A stretch of 63,584 bases of DNA, filler included, from Chiloscyllium plagiosum (Eukaryota), in the NCBI RefSeq assembly GCF_004010195.1. It is 5 parts of one record of this genome, joined end to end, with 100 filler letters (N's around TTAATTAATTAA, not from the genome) between each part and the next. Parts side by side here need not be neighbours in the genome. Positions count along the whole stretch, not along the records: positions 1 to 16,959 come from NC_057714.1; 4 more parts are not named here. One strand, given 5' to 3'. Under the pieces are notes generated by a model. That model was not told the DNA's origin. It did no database searches and saw only the letters and a list, made by a program, of their open reading frames with translations. The position numbers were made by a program, and so were the translations under genes. Positions 1 through 11,892 of the stretch are shown piece after piece (position 1 is the first letter of the stretch; each line of letters opens with the position of its first letter).

Positions 1-295
1 GGGGGAAGGTGAAATGAGGAAACTGTTGAAATCCACATTGGTGCCCTGGGGTTGAAGTGTTCCGAGGCGGAAGATGAGGCGTTCTTCCTCCAGGCGTCTG
101 GTGGTGGCCCTGGGGTTGAAGTGTTCCGAGGCGGAAGATGAGGCGTTCTTCCTCCAGGCGTCTGGTGGTGAGGGAGCAGCGGTGAAGGAGGCCCAGGACC
201 TCCAGTCCTCAGCAGAGTCGGAAGGGGAGTTGAAATGTTGGGTCACAGGGCGGTGTGGTTGATTGGTGCGGGTGTCCCGGAGATGTTCCCTAAAT
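1..295 (-). mobile_element. Penelope-like element, 3' (GIY-YIG C-terminal) fragment with an internal ~63-bp tandem duplication
   Basis: Reverse strand reads ..HFNSPSDSAEDWRSWAS../RRLEEERLIFRLGTLQPQG, the same family as 3731-3966 and 59424-59960; gccctggggttgaagtg...gtctggtggtg occurs twice. Confidence 0.75.
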
Positions 296-299
296 ATTG

Positions 300-3200
300 A
301 ATTGAATCCAGGTAAACTTTCATAATCAGAATGTAGAAAGTGCAACAAGAGAAGGGCCTGTTCTGGACCTAACATTCAGAAATGAACCCTGGCAGGTGGA
401 AGGTGTATCAGTAAGGGAACAGTGATTATAACTCAGTTAGATTTAATCTAGTTATGGAAAAGAATGAGGATAGGTGAGGAATAAACATTCTAAACTAAGG
501 AAAAGCTAATTTGTGAATAAGACCATGTCTCAGCCTCCGGGGCTCCAGGGAAAACAGCCCCAGACTGTTCAGCCTCTCCCTATAGCTCAAATCCTCCAAC
601 CCTGGCAACATCCTTGTAAATCTTTTCTGAACCCTTTCAAGTTTCACAACATCTAATATCAGAAGAACATACAGAGTGTGGGAGGAAGTACTATATTGTC
701 GTGGACAATGTTGGAACAACATAGGTAAGGCGAGGAAAGCGAACTTGTTGGGGATTATCAAGCACCAGGAACCAAATTAAGGAGCAGCTCCTTAAAGGTT
801 ATAATCTCCAGATTACTGCCAGAGCCATGTGCGAATTGGCTTAGGGATAAGAAAATTAGGGAATTAAACACTTAGCTAAAGGAGTGCTGTGGGAAAGAGG
901 GGTTCTATTTCATGGGGCATTGGCATAAATGTTGGAACAGGAGAGATTTGCACCGATGGGATGGTCTCCACCTGAACAGATCTGGAACTAGTCTTCTAGT
1001 AAAAAGGATAAATAGGTGGTCACTAGCACTTTAAACAAATGATTCGGGAGGAAGGAAATGAGAAAACGACAAGAAGTAGGATGGTAAAGAGAAAGGTAAG
1101 CAGCAAGTTAGCATGTGTGCAGGAGGGTTTAACTACAGGGCAGACTGTGAAAGAAATTAAAAGGAAGGATAACTCAGGAGATACTGTTAATGGAGATGTT
1201 AGAATTCATAAAGAACGTACAAAAACTAGCATAAGGACACTTTACCTGAATGCTCATAACATTGGTAACAAAGTAGATGAGCTGACGGCACAAATCATTG
1301 TGAATGAATGTGACTTAGTAGCCATTATGGAGACATGGTTGCGGGATGGTAATGACTGGGAGTTAAATATCCAGGGGTATCAGACTATTCGGAAGGACAG
1401 ACAGAAAGGTAAGGGAGGTGGTGTAGCTCTGATATTCAAGGACAACATCAGGGCGGTGCTGAGAGATGGTATAGGTTCTCTGCAGAATAAGGTTGAATTC
1501 ATTTGAACAAAGAACGAAGAAAATTACAGCATAGGAACAGGCCCTTTACCATATAGCTCGTTCTTGAATTGGATCTTCCAAAATACATCAACTCGCATTT
1601 GCCTGGATTGAACTCCATCTGCCATTTCTCCACCCAACTCTCCAATCTATCTATATTATGGTGCATTCGCTGACAGTCCCATTCGCTATCTGCTACTCCA
1701 CCAATCTTAGTGTTATCTGTAAATTTGCTAATCAGACCGCCTATACCTTCATCCGGATCATTTATGTATATCACAAACAACAGTGGTCCCAGCACGGATC
1801 CCTGTGGGACACCACTGGTGCATGTTTCTCTGAAAGTGGAGTCACAGGTGGACAGGGCAGTGAAGAAGGCTTTTAACACACTAGCCTTCATCAGTCAGGG
1901 CCTCAAGACTACCTTGATTTGACTTTCCCTGACCCTCCCCACTGCTGAGTGATTGGATTGTAATTTCCTGGTCTATCCCTTCCTCCCTTGTTTAATAATG
2001 GGATAGTGTTAGCAGTCCCCTACTCCAGTGGTAGCTCAAGTGTAGCCAAAGAGGATTGGAAATGATTGCCAGGACCCCAGATGTCTCCTTCCTTGCCTCT
2101 CTCAACAGCCTGGATACATCTCAAGACGGCCTGCAGATTTATCCACTTTTCAAGGTGATAAACCCAGTCATAAGAACATAAGAACGAGGAGCAGGGGCAG
2201 GCCATCCGGCCCTTCAAGCCTGCTGCGCCATTCAGTTAGATCATGGCTGATCTTGGTGTGGTCTCAGCACCATTTACCATATCCGTTAATTCCTTTATTA
2301 TTCAAAAAGGTATCTATTAGCTTTCAGACCGCTGCTCCTTCACTGTTTAAGATGGTAAGGCAAAGCCAGGGAACTATAGACTGGTGAGCAAATTATTGGA
2401 GGGAATCCTGCATAACATGATTTACATGTATTTGGAAAGGCAAGGCCTGATTAGGGATGGTCAGCATGGCTTTGTGCATGGGAAATCTTGTCTCACGAAT
2501 TTGATTGAGTTTTTTGAAAAAGTAATAAAGAGGATTGATGAGGGCAGAGCAGTAGATGTGATCTATATGGACTTCAGTGAGGCGTTCGACAAGGTTCCCC
2601 ATGGGAGACTGGTTAGTAAGGTTAGATCTCAAGGAATACAGGGATAACTAGCCATTTGGATACAGAATTGGCTCAAAGGTGGTGGTGGAGGGTTGTATTT
2701 CAAACTGGAGACCTGTGACCAGTGGAGTGCCACAAGGATCGGTGCTGGGTCCACTACTTTTCATCATTTATATAAATGATTTGTGAACATAGAAAGTATA
2801 GTTAGTAAGTTTGCAGCTGACACCAAAATTGGAGGTGTAGTGGACAGTGAAGAAGGTTACCTCAGATTATAACAGGATCTTGATCAGAGGGGCCAATGGA
2901 CTGAGGAGTGGCAGATGGAGTTTGATTTAGATAAATTTTATGTGCTGCATTTTGGAAAAGCGAATTAGAACAGGAGTTATGCATTTAATGGTAAGGTCCT
3001 GGGGAGTGTTGCTGAACAAAGAGACCTTGGAGTGCAGGTTCATAGCTCCATGAAAGTGGAGTCGCAGGTAGAGAGGATAGTGAAGAAGGCGTTTGGTATG
3101 CTTTCCTTTATTGGGTCAGAGTATTGAGTACAGGAGTTGGGAGGTCATTTGTGACTGTACAGGACATTGGTTAGGCCACTAGAACATAGAACATTCCAGC

Positions 3201-3614
3201 GCAGTACATGCCCTTCAGCCCTCAATGTTGCGCCGATCCGTGAAACCGATCTGAAGCCCATCTAACCTACACTATTCCATTATCATTCATATAATTATCC
3301 AATGACCATTTAAATGTCCTTAAAGTTGACAAATCTACTACCGTTGCAGGCAAAGCATTCCACAGCCTTACTACTCTCTGAGTAAAGAAACTACCTCTGA
3401 CATCTGTCCTATATCTATCACCCTTCAATTTAAAACTATTACCCCTCATGCTAGCTATCACCATCTGAGGAAAAAGGCTCACCCTGTCCACCCTATCTAA
3501 CCCTCTTATTATCTTGTATGCCTCTATTAAGTGTCCTCTTAACTTTCTTCTCTCGAATGAAAAGAGCCTCAAGTCCCTCAGCCTTTCCTCATAAAACCTT
3601 CCCTCTATACCAGA
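300..3614. mobile_element. Mosaic of CR1 LINE fragments (ORF1 SGNH-esterase end and ORF2 EN start ~660-1505 +; RT ~2330-3180 +; several minus-strand 3' ends)
   Basis: Motifs [65 protein letters not shown], and agaacatagaaca tails; frameshifted. Confidence 0.9.
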
Positions 3615-4555
3615 TATTACGACACGGGGTAAACTCCTCTGCTAATTTAAACCCGACACTCAGAGAAGCTCACCTCGCGCCGAAATCTGTTGAATTTGTA
3701 GACGTCACTATTTAAAGTAAAAATTAACAAGACCATGGCAACACGACGCCTGGAGGAAAAGCGCCTAATCTTCCGCCTGGGAACCCTCCAACCACAAGGG
3801 ATGAACTCAGATTTCTCCAGCTTCCTCATTTCCCCTCCCCCCACCTTGTCTCAGTCCCAACCCTCGGACTCAGCACCGCCTTCCTAACCTGCAATCTTCT
3901 TCCCGATTTTCCAGCAACACATTTTTCAGCCCTGATCTCCAGCATCTGCAGTCCTCACTTTCTCCCAATTTTATTCTTTACGTCAAACAGAGAATATTAA
4001 AATAACAGCTATTTACAATTCCTTTCTCTTAAATCTATCCTTTACCTCCCAGTCTACAATACTGGTCCGATTAAAAAAAACCCAATTAAGATTTACAGAA
4101 AAACCATGTTTCAACACCAGCCAGCTTTGTAGATTTTCCTCTGTATTTTCCTGGGTCGTCTCTTCTTCGCTCTTCTGCTGCACATCTTTCCCCTATGGGC
4201 AGGTACCTTTCAGAGAGCTGTTCGGCTAGCAGTCTGTACTTGTTGGTGTTCTTTGTGGTTCTCCCCAAACTGTTCAAAATGTCTGGTTTTATACCCCAAA
4301 ACATCGATCATTTCATTGGCTTGATGTCATCCCAAACAGTAAAATTCAAATTCAATTGGATTTTGGTCTTGAGGGCATAGTTTAAACTGATTGGCTTAAT
4401 TTGAATTTGTTTTTGTTCCATGGCAACGCAACTCCAGCTATTTGTTTCAACCAAATGTTATATTTTTAAACTGTTCAGTATTCTCTGTGTGTTCAGTCAG
4501 TCCTGCCCGCTTCCCCTCTCTTAAAAGTACAGTACACTCCTACGCCTTCATAACA
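3615..4555 (-). mobile_element. 3' LTR of a Gypsy LTR retrotransposon (interrupted by a Penelope fragment)
   Basis: On minus begins TGTTATGAAGG directly after a polypurine tract (plus 4556-4564 cctccccca) and ends ..CGTAATA (degenerate ..AACA); homologous along its length to the solo LTR at 23402-24094. Confidence 0.8.
3731..3966 (+). mobile_element. Penelope-like element 3' fragment inserted in the LTR
   Basis: TRRLEEKRLIFRLGTLQPQGMNSDF followed by the terminal ctccagcatctgcagtcctcactttctcc shared by many copies in the window. Confidence 0.75.
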
Positions 4556-4805
4556 CCTCCCCCACTTCAGGAAAAATGAACCATCATTATGAAAAGATGG
4601 CTTCTTTTGTTTCTATTCCTTAATCATATTATCATGACAGGCATATAACTTCAATTATATGACAGACATATAAGTTCATATTAACTTCTTCCCACAAAAA
4701 TATTACATTGAATAGATACCAGTCTCATCTATACTTTATCAGTTAAATCCATGATGATACATCTGCGATTCCATTCTTGCGACCCGCAACATGTATGTTT
4801 TTTTT

Positions 4806-5130
4806 AGATTAGATTCCTTACAGTGTGGAAACAGGTCCTTTGGCCCAACAAGTCCACACTGACCCGCTGAAGAGCAACCCATCCAGACCCATTCCCCTAC
4901 ATTTACTCCTAACTAATGCACCTAACACTACGGGCAATTTAGCATGGCCAATTCACCTGACCTGCACATTATTGGACTATGGGAGGAAACCGGAGCACCC
5001 GGAGGAAACCCACACAGACACGGGGAGAATGTGCAAACTCCACACAGACAGTTCCCAAGGTGGGAATTGAACCCGGGTCCCTGGCGCTGTGAGGCAGCAG
5101 TGCTAACCACTAAGCCACCATGCCGCCCGT
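4806..5130 (-). mobile_element. tRNA-derived V-SINE (HE1-like), near full length
   Basis: Minus strand: A box tggcttagtgg, B box ggttcaattcc, V-domain gtgtgggtttcctccgggtgctccggtttcctccc, CR1-derived 3' tail ending aatctaatct. Confidence 0.88.
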
Positions 5131-5469
5131 GAATTTGTAAATTAAAAGTCTGTAACGTAAGACTCCAACGAAATAGTCTCATATTCTTATCTTTAAAGCA
5201 CTCCAAGAATGAAAGCGGATTGCGAACCGTGTACACAACCGGTTCTGACACATTGTTCACATTAAAATGGTGTAAGGATGGGGCATCTAAGATGGTGGCG
5301 ATCTAGGTGGATCGCATTGCAGAGCTCTGCACTGCTGCACAAGCGGGATGGACTTTTAATCCACTCAACCCAGACCATCATGATATCCTGGGACCCTGGA
5401 AAGGTCATGGAGTCCCAGGAAATTGTGAAAAATCAACTTACCTGTGTTTTTGCCATTCAGGGATTCTGA

Positions 5470-6237
5470 AGAAGAGAGGAGGAGCGTCCAAGGCTGGGCC
5501 TGTGCAGGATCCTCGGACTCGATTACCCACAAGGCCCTGGTGAATGAGCTCGCGAAATGTCACGAGATGTTGGGTGAGCAAATAGAGGAGAAGCTGGCCC
5601 AGTCTCTATCATGCTGCAGAAGCATGAACAACAACTGGGAGACCTGCAAAAAAGGACCGATGAGGTAGAACACTAAGTCACAGTAGTGGAAGTTGATACC
5701 AGTTCCTTCCAGGATAGGATCTAAGGCAGGTCCGTAATTTGCACGACCAAGTGGATGATCTTGAGGAAAGGGGCAGGAGAAAAAATATTCGGATCGTCAG
5801 TCTGCCGGAGGGTGAGCGGCTGGTGGAATTTATTGAGGACTGGTTGCCAAAATTCTTTATCTTGGAGGCTGGAATGAGAGGCTTGAAGATTGAGAGGGCT
5901 GACCAAGTCATGGCATGGAGGTCAAGTCTGGGTCAATGTCCACGTCCTTTCCTGGTGTGGTTTCATCATAATAGATATAAGGAGAGAATCGTGGAAGCTT
6001 CCAGAATCCATGGGAAGGATCCAAAGGCCCTAATTTATGACGGCTCTAAGATCATATTCTTCCAGGACATTTCAGCAGCAGCAATCCGGAAAAGAAACTC
6101 CTGTGATGGTGTCAAGAGAAGACTGAGGGAGCTTGGGATCCAATATTCTCTGAGGTGCTTCAAATCCCCTTAGATGGATCCATACACCTCTTTGACATGT
6201 CAGAGAAGGCAAGAGTCTTTGGGGACAAATTAACCTA
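5470..6237 (+). pseudogene. L1 ORF1 (coiled coil-RRM-CTD, Transposase_22-like), frameshifted; start approximate
   Basis: QVDDLEERGRRKNIRIVSLPEGE..FIEDWLP..IERADQV..PRPFLVWF..YDGSKIIFFQDIS..IRKR. Confidence 0.85.
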
Positions 6238-8663
6238 ATTTGAACAATTTAGCGTGTACAAACAGTAGTGTTGTTTGGGTATGTCTTTGTTTATTCTTTA
6301 AAAAAAACAGCCAAAGCCTGGTTGGCGCTTTCTTTTCCTTTTTTTTATTGGTAATAATCTGGTTTAAGTTATGATTGGCGGTGGTTGAGATGTGTACTCT
6401 CAGTTTCTAAGTTATACCAAAGGATGGGTGGGGTATTTACCCTCCTTTTAAAAAAATCATGTTTCTTTATTTACATTGCTATTCCATGGTTTATTCTCTT
6501 TCTTTTCTGCTTGTGTTTGCGGTGTGGCTCTTGCTGAGAGGAGGCAAAATGGTTGATGGCTGGATGCCTACTTACAGGCAGTTCATACCCGGTTCAGGGA
6601 TTTAAATGCCCGGGCTGCAGTCTTGGTAACGGGATGGGAAATTGGGTTTTGGGATGGGTAAATGCCCCCTTTGGGCAGGGAATGAGTTCCCCTATTAAAC
6701 GCCTTTGCCAATTTATGTGTTGGTTTGTTTTTTGGTTTTTGTTGTATATAGTCTTTGATAGCTTTGTAGGTTTGTTAATTGTAGTGGTTTTAATTTATGT
6801 AGTGTTTATGTTTGATGGATTTTGTGACACTAAGGCTTAGCGATTTGTAATTCAAGTTCCTCCTCTCTGGAATTTAAATGTTACTGCAGAAGGTTATGGC
6901 TAATGACTTGATTAAATAGTGTACCTGGAATATCAAGGGAAGTCACTCACCAATTAAGAGGAAGAAGGTACTTATGAGTCTTAGAAAGGAAAAAGTGGAT
7001 ATTGCTTTCTACAGGAGACACAGGTGAATGATAGGGAGCATTTGAAACTACAGCAGAATGGCTTTGATCGGGTTTACTTTTCGTCTTTTAATCCCAGAAG
7101 TAGAGGAGTGGTTATATTCATTAGGAGGAATTTCCCATTTAAGTTACGAGAGTGTGTTAAAGACACACATGGGAGGTTTGTAATTCTCAAAGCCCTGATA
7201 AATAGGGAAGAATATGATGTTTTAAATATTTATTACCCTCCAGCCCATCCCCTCAAATGTTTGGTACATGCTTTCTCTAAACTGATCAGTCTCGAGTCCC
7301 GGCATAACATTTGGGGGAGATTTTAACTGTCTCATGGATCCCACAGTAGACAGGTTGCCCAAAGGCCCTCCTGCTGCCCTCTGTATCATTTAGTGGATCT
7401 GTGTGTGGAGTTAGCGTTGGTGGATGTCTGGAGGCATCTCCATCCTACAGGCAGGGATTTTATGTTTTTTTCCAATCTGCACAGGTGTCACACTAGGATT
7501 GATTTATTTTTTTCTGACCCCCATGGCAACCCTAGACTTGGTGGCATATTGTACAATTGGTAATATTATCATCTCTGATCATGCTGCAGTGTACCTGTTG
7601 GTTAAGATTAAGAGTTCAATGCACTGGCGAATGGATGCCTTTATCCTCAAGGATAATAGGTTTGTGGAGTATTTCTCTAGGGAGTTTCAGGCATTCCTAG
7701 ACATTAACTCAGGCTCAGTTAGTAGCCTATCCATCCTTTGGGAAACTGCCAAAGCCTATGCCAGCTGGTTAATTATTCCTTACTCTGGCAGTAAGAGTGG
7801 CAGAAGGGTGAGCAGCAACGTCTCCTCGAAGCACGGTTGAAGGCAGCAGAGAAGGCTTACTTTGACATAACCTCGTTGGTCAAGCCACAGAGGATTACAG
7901 TGCTGCGGTCTGCATTGAATTCTGTGCTCACACAGACAGCAAAGAAGGAGCTTACTTTTGCAAAGCAAAGGTTATGTGAGCATGGTGACAGACCAGGCAA
8001 ATACTTAGCATATCTTGCCAGGAATAGGAGTGCTCAAGCCATTACGGTAATTACGGAAGGGTCTGGGAACCTAATGTATGATTCCAAAAAGATTAATGTG
8101 GCATTCCTGAGATTTTACTCTGAATTATACCAATCTGAGGGTTGGGCCAAAATGGAGTCCTTTTTCAAGGATCTGGAACTCCTGGACGTGACCCCCAAGC
8201 ACGAGTCTTTTGTCAACGTCCCCTTATCAAAGCAAGAGATGCAGGAGGCTGTGAAGCAGCTGCAGAGTGGAAAGGCACCCAGTCTTGACAGACTTCCCAA
8301 TGAATTCTATAAGGAATTTACAAACATAATATCAGGCTCGATGCTCAATATGTGTAATGATTCATACAGTCATGATCGTCTCCCGCCATTTCTGAGAGAG
8401 GCCAATATTTCACTTATCCTTAAAAAAGGGAAGGTCCCAGAGGACTGTGCTTCATACAGGCCCATTTCAATCTTAAATATGGACTTCAAAATCCTCTCTA
8501 AGACTCTTGCGTTAAGGCTGGAAACTATGTTACCTTCTATTGTTAAAGAGGACCAGACGGGCATCATAAAGGGCTGCAGATCCTCCAATAATGTTAGGAG
8601 GCTGCTTAATGTAATTCAAGGGTATCAACAACAGTCAATACAGGGATTGGTGATTTCTCTGAT

Positions 8664-11142
8664 CAGTATTTCTCAACCTTTCCGTATTCAATGCCCCCTT
8701 CTTATCCTTGAAATCATGCAACGCCCCCAAATCACCAAAGTCTGCTTTTGCACATATAACTGCAATACACTGCAGTGCTGAAAATGGAAAGCTTTTGTGA
8801 AATATGTTTTATATACAACAAAAAATAAAAGTTATCATTTATTACTATTCTTACTGTCCACCTCACTCTGTATAAACTTTAGTCTGTGATAGCAAGATAG
8901 TCAATGCGATCCTTGTGGTTCATGTTGTCTTGCTAAATCATATACATCTGGTTCAATCAAAGCAATCTCAGGTCCCCACTCTGAACAACATCCATGCGAT
9001 TGTGGGTCTGATCTTGTATTCTGGCGATTGCACTGAATCCTTTCCCAACCAAATAAGGGGTAGGAAATGGTAGTGCAAACCGCTTTGCCTCTTCGCTTAA
9101 CAGCGGGAAACGACATCAGGTGGCATCTTGAATCCCATAAAGGGGCTTGTTTGCGAAAACCGAATTTTCATTGCAGTGTCATTTTGGAGCTCTATTGTTT
9201 TTTTTCCTGAAGGCGAATGTCCATTTCTTCTGCACATGAGATAAAGGGGTCAGTCAGCCATGTAGGGATCTCCATCTCAGTAAGATCAGCAAATCATGTT
9301 TTCATATCATCCTGCAGTGTATGAATGTGAGCTGAGTAGATTAGTAACTGATCATCAGTAACATCTTCCGCGATATTGTTTAAACTCGGGAACTGGTAAA
9401 ACTCACGACGACTGACATTCCGATGAAAGAGATCAAGTTTCGCAGTAAAAGATGTTACAGCATTCCTTGCTTTTATGAAACTCACGTTATCTCCTTGTAT
9501 CTGCATGATCAGCGAATTGCACTTATCGAATATATCCGCGGGATATGCACAGTCATGTTTTACGGTTTCGGCTTTCATACAAAGGTTTTCATTATTTCTG
9601 TGAAGGAATTCGATGATAGAATCAAACAGTTCATGGAAACGATTGAGGCATTTTCCTTTCGAGAGCCATCTCACTTCTGTGTGTAGCAGTAATTGCAGAG
9701 ATTCATCTTCATTATCTTTACAGAGTTGGTGGAGAAGTCGTTCATTCAGAGCATGTCTCTTTATATAATTTACCACATCTATCACCACTTGTAGAGAATG
9801 GTTGCGGGCTTCACTGAGTTTCTTTGCAGCCAGGTGCTGCTGGTGGATAATGCAGTGTACTGTGAAAACATGTGGCATTTCTCTCTTTAATAATGCGACA
9901 AATCCCCGATGTTGGCCAGCCATAGCGCGCACGCCATCCGTAGCACAAGCAACAATGTTTTTGAGGGGAACAGACTTTTGATCAAAATAATCCTTGATAC
10001 AGTCGAAGCTAGTCTTACCTTTGGTATCTGTTGGTAGATCCAGAGCAAAAAGTAGTTCTTCTCGTATTTCACTTTTGTCGATGAAATGTATGTACCCCAA
10101 ATGTAAAGCTTGATTTCCGCATATAGTACTTACATCAATTAGTAAGGTGATTTCTTTCGATATCAAAAGGGAACATAATTTATCCTCAACATTTGAGGCC
10201 ATTTCATCAATGCGCCTTCTCACGGAATCGTTGCTAAGAGGAATACGCTTGATAGTCATTGATGGTTCCTGATGTAGCACGGTTGATAATACTTCGGCAA
10301 TAGCTGGAAGCACCAACAATTCACCCACTGCAATCAGCTTCGCTATGTTGTATGATGCCACAAGGCCATCTTTGAAAAAGCAGTGGCAATCGTTGGTCGC
10401 TGATTGAATTTATTCTTTAGTGTTTGAAAATATGCCAAATCTTTGTCCTTTTTGTCACTGTGTTTCTTTTCAAAAGTTTAATAAGATGGGAAGGCTTCAT
10501 GGCCTCGTTGGAAAAACTTTGTTCACAGAGCAAGCACAGTGGTAACTGCTTATTAGATGGAGATTGAATAAAGCCATATCGCAAATAGTCCATGCTATAC
10601 TGCCTGCACTTTTTCTTACTCAATGAGGCCATTTTTACACTGTTGCTCAAACACCCTGATGGAATCATGGGTTTTACCTTATCACGATAATTTTAAGATG
10701 CTCAGACAAGTGGCAACATTTGATTGGCTAATTAGCTGTAATGTGCATTCATTCTGCCACCCGGTAGAACAGTTGAAAAGCTGCATTTCGTCTTCCTAGA
10801 AGCGACAAGAGTTAGGTGATATTGATCTCAGCAGTAGAATCAGTGCCAACTGCGAACGAGTTCAAATGGTTTGCCATTTACAGAGAAGACTATCAATAAG
10901 GGTGCAGCAACCAATCAAAGTGCACGCCTCAATGTGTGTAGGGAAAATAACAGACTTGCGTTATGTGACTATCCATCTGCACACAGCAATGTCCTTCAAG
11001 GACACGGCAGTCTTCCAAGTGATTGGTAAGCTCTCTACAAAGTTGTTCAGTGCTCCCTTGCTGCCCCCTTTGATTTCAACACCCACTGAAGGAAGGCAAA
11101 TGCCCCTCAGGGGGTGCTTCTGCCCCCCGTTGAGAAACACTG
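8664..11142 (-). mobile_element. hAT DNA transposon of the Buster/Charlie group, both TIRs present
   Basis: TIRs cagtatttctcaacc (8664) / cgttgagaaacactg (11142); degenerate 8-bp TSD (ctct-gat / ctcgagac, compatible with ancestral CTCTAGAY); splits the L1 RT codons ISLD. Confidence 0.92.
8901..10632 (-). pseudogene. hAT (ZBED5/Buster-like) transposase pseudogene
   Basis: KKKCRQYSMDYLRYGF..PLCLLCEQSFSNEAMKPSHL (BED finger); IPLSNDSVRRRIDEM; ACATDGVRAMAG; VHCIIHQQHL; LLLHTEVRWLSKG; C-terminal ..ARQHEPQGSH*. Several frameshifts. Confidence 0.9.
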
Positions 11143-11892
11143 CTCGAGACGCAGAGAAGGCATTTGATTGAGTTCAGTGACCATACCTCTTCTATACTTT
11201 GAAGCGGTTTGGTTTGTGCGAAATCTTTATAAGATGGGTAAAGGTTCTCTACAGTGACCCTCTCACTGCGGTCATCACCAATGGGGTGCGATCCATCAAT
11301 TTTAACATTTTTAGGGGCAGCCGGTAGGGCTGACCCCCTTCACCATTGCTTTTTACATTGGTGATCAAACCATTGGTGGAGGCTATTCGTAGGGATCAGC
11401 TCCAAAAGTGGGGTCAAAATTGCATAAGATTCTGATGTAAGTGAACAATGTCCTTTTTTTGTCAAATCCAGCAGTTTCGGTGCCTCGCCTGCTACAATGC
11501 ACCTTTTCGGGTACAAGATTAATCTTACAAAATCAGAGGCTAGGCCCATGGGTGGTCTTACGAAGGTGCGAGGTCTTGAGGGCAAAAACGATTCCCACTT
11601 AAGTGGTCACAGCGGGGTTTTGTGTATTTGGGCATATTCATTACTCCAGTTCTGGATCGGCTATTCAAAGCCAATTGTGTTCACTTATTTGACAAAATTA
11701 AACAAGACCTTCAAAGATGGGAGGTGCTTCCAGTCTCGTGGTTGGGTCAGATAGTCCGTATTAAGATGAATATTCTCCCTCGTTTGCTATACCCTATATG
11801 GATGCTTCCACTGATTTTTGATAAGCATACATTCAGGAGACTGAATGGCTGGGTCAACTCTTTTATTTGGCATTGTAAGCGACCCTTTATTA

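Noticed and set aside
4806..5130. tRNA gene
   Set aside because: The A/B boxes belong to a V-SINE head followed by the V-domain and a LINE tail.
6240..6895. Hydrophobic ORF 6553-6840 as a membrane protein
   Set aside because: It lies in the T/G-rich L1 inter-ORF spacer; hydrophobicity follows from base composition.
9294..10361. Domesticated ZBED5/Buster host gene
   Set aside because: Flanked by TIRs and a TSD, frameshifted at both ends and inserted within an L1.
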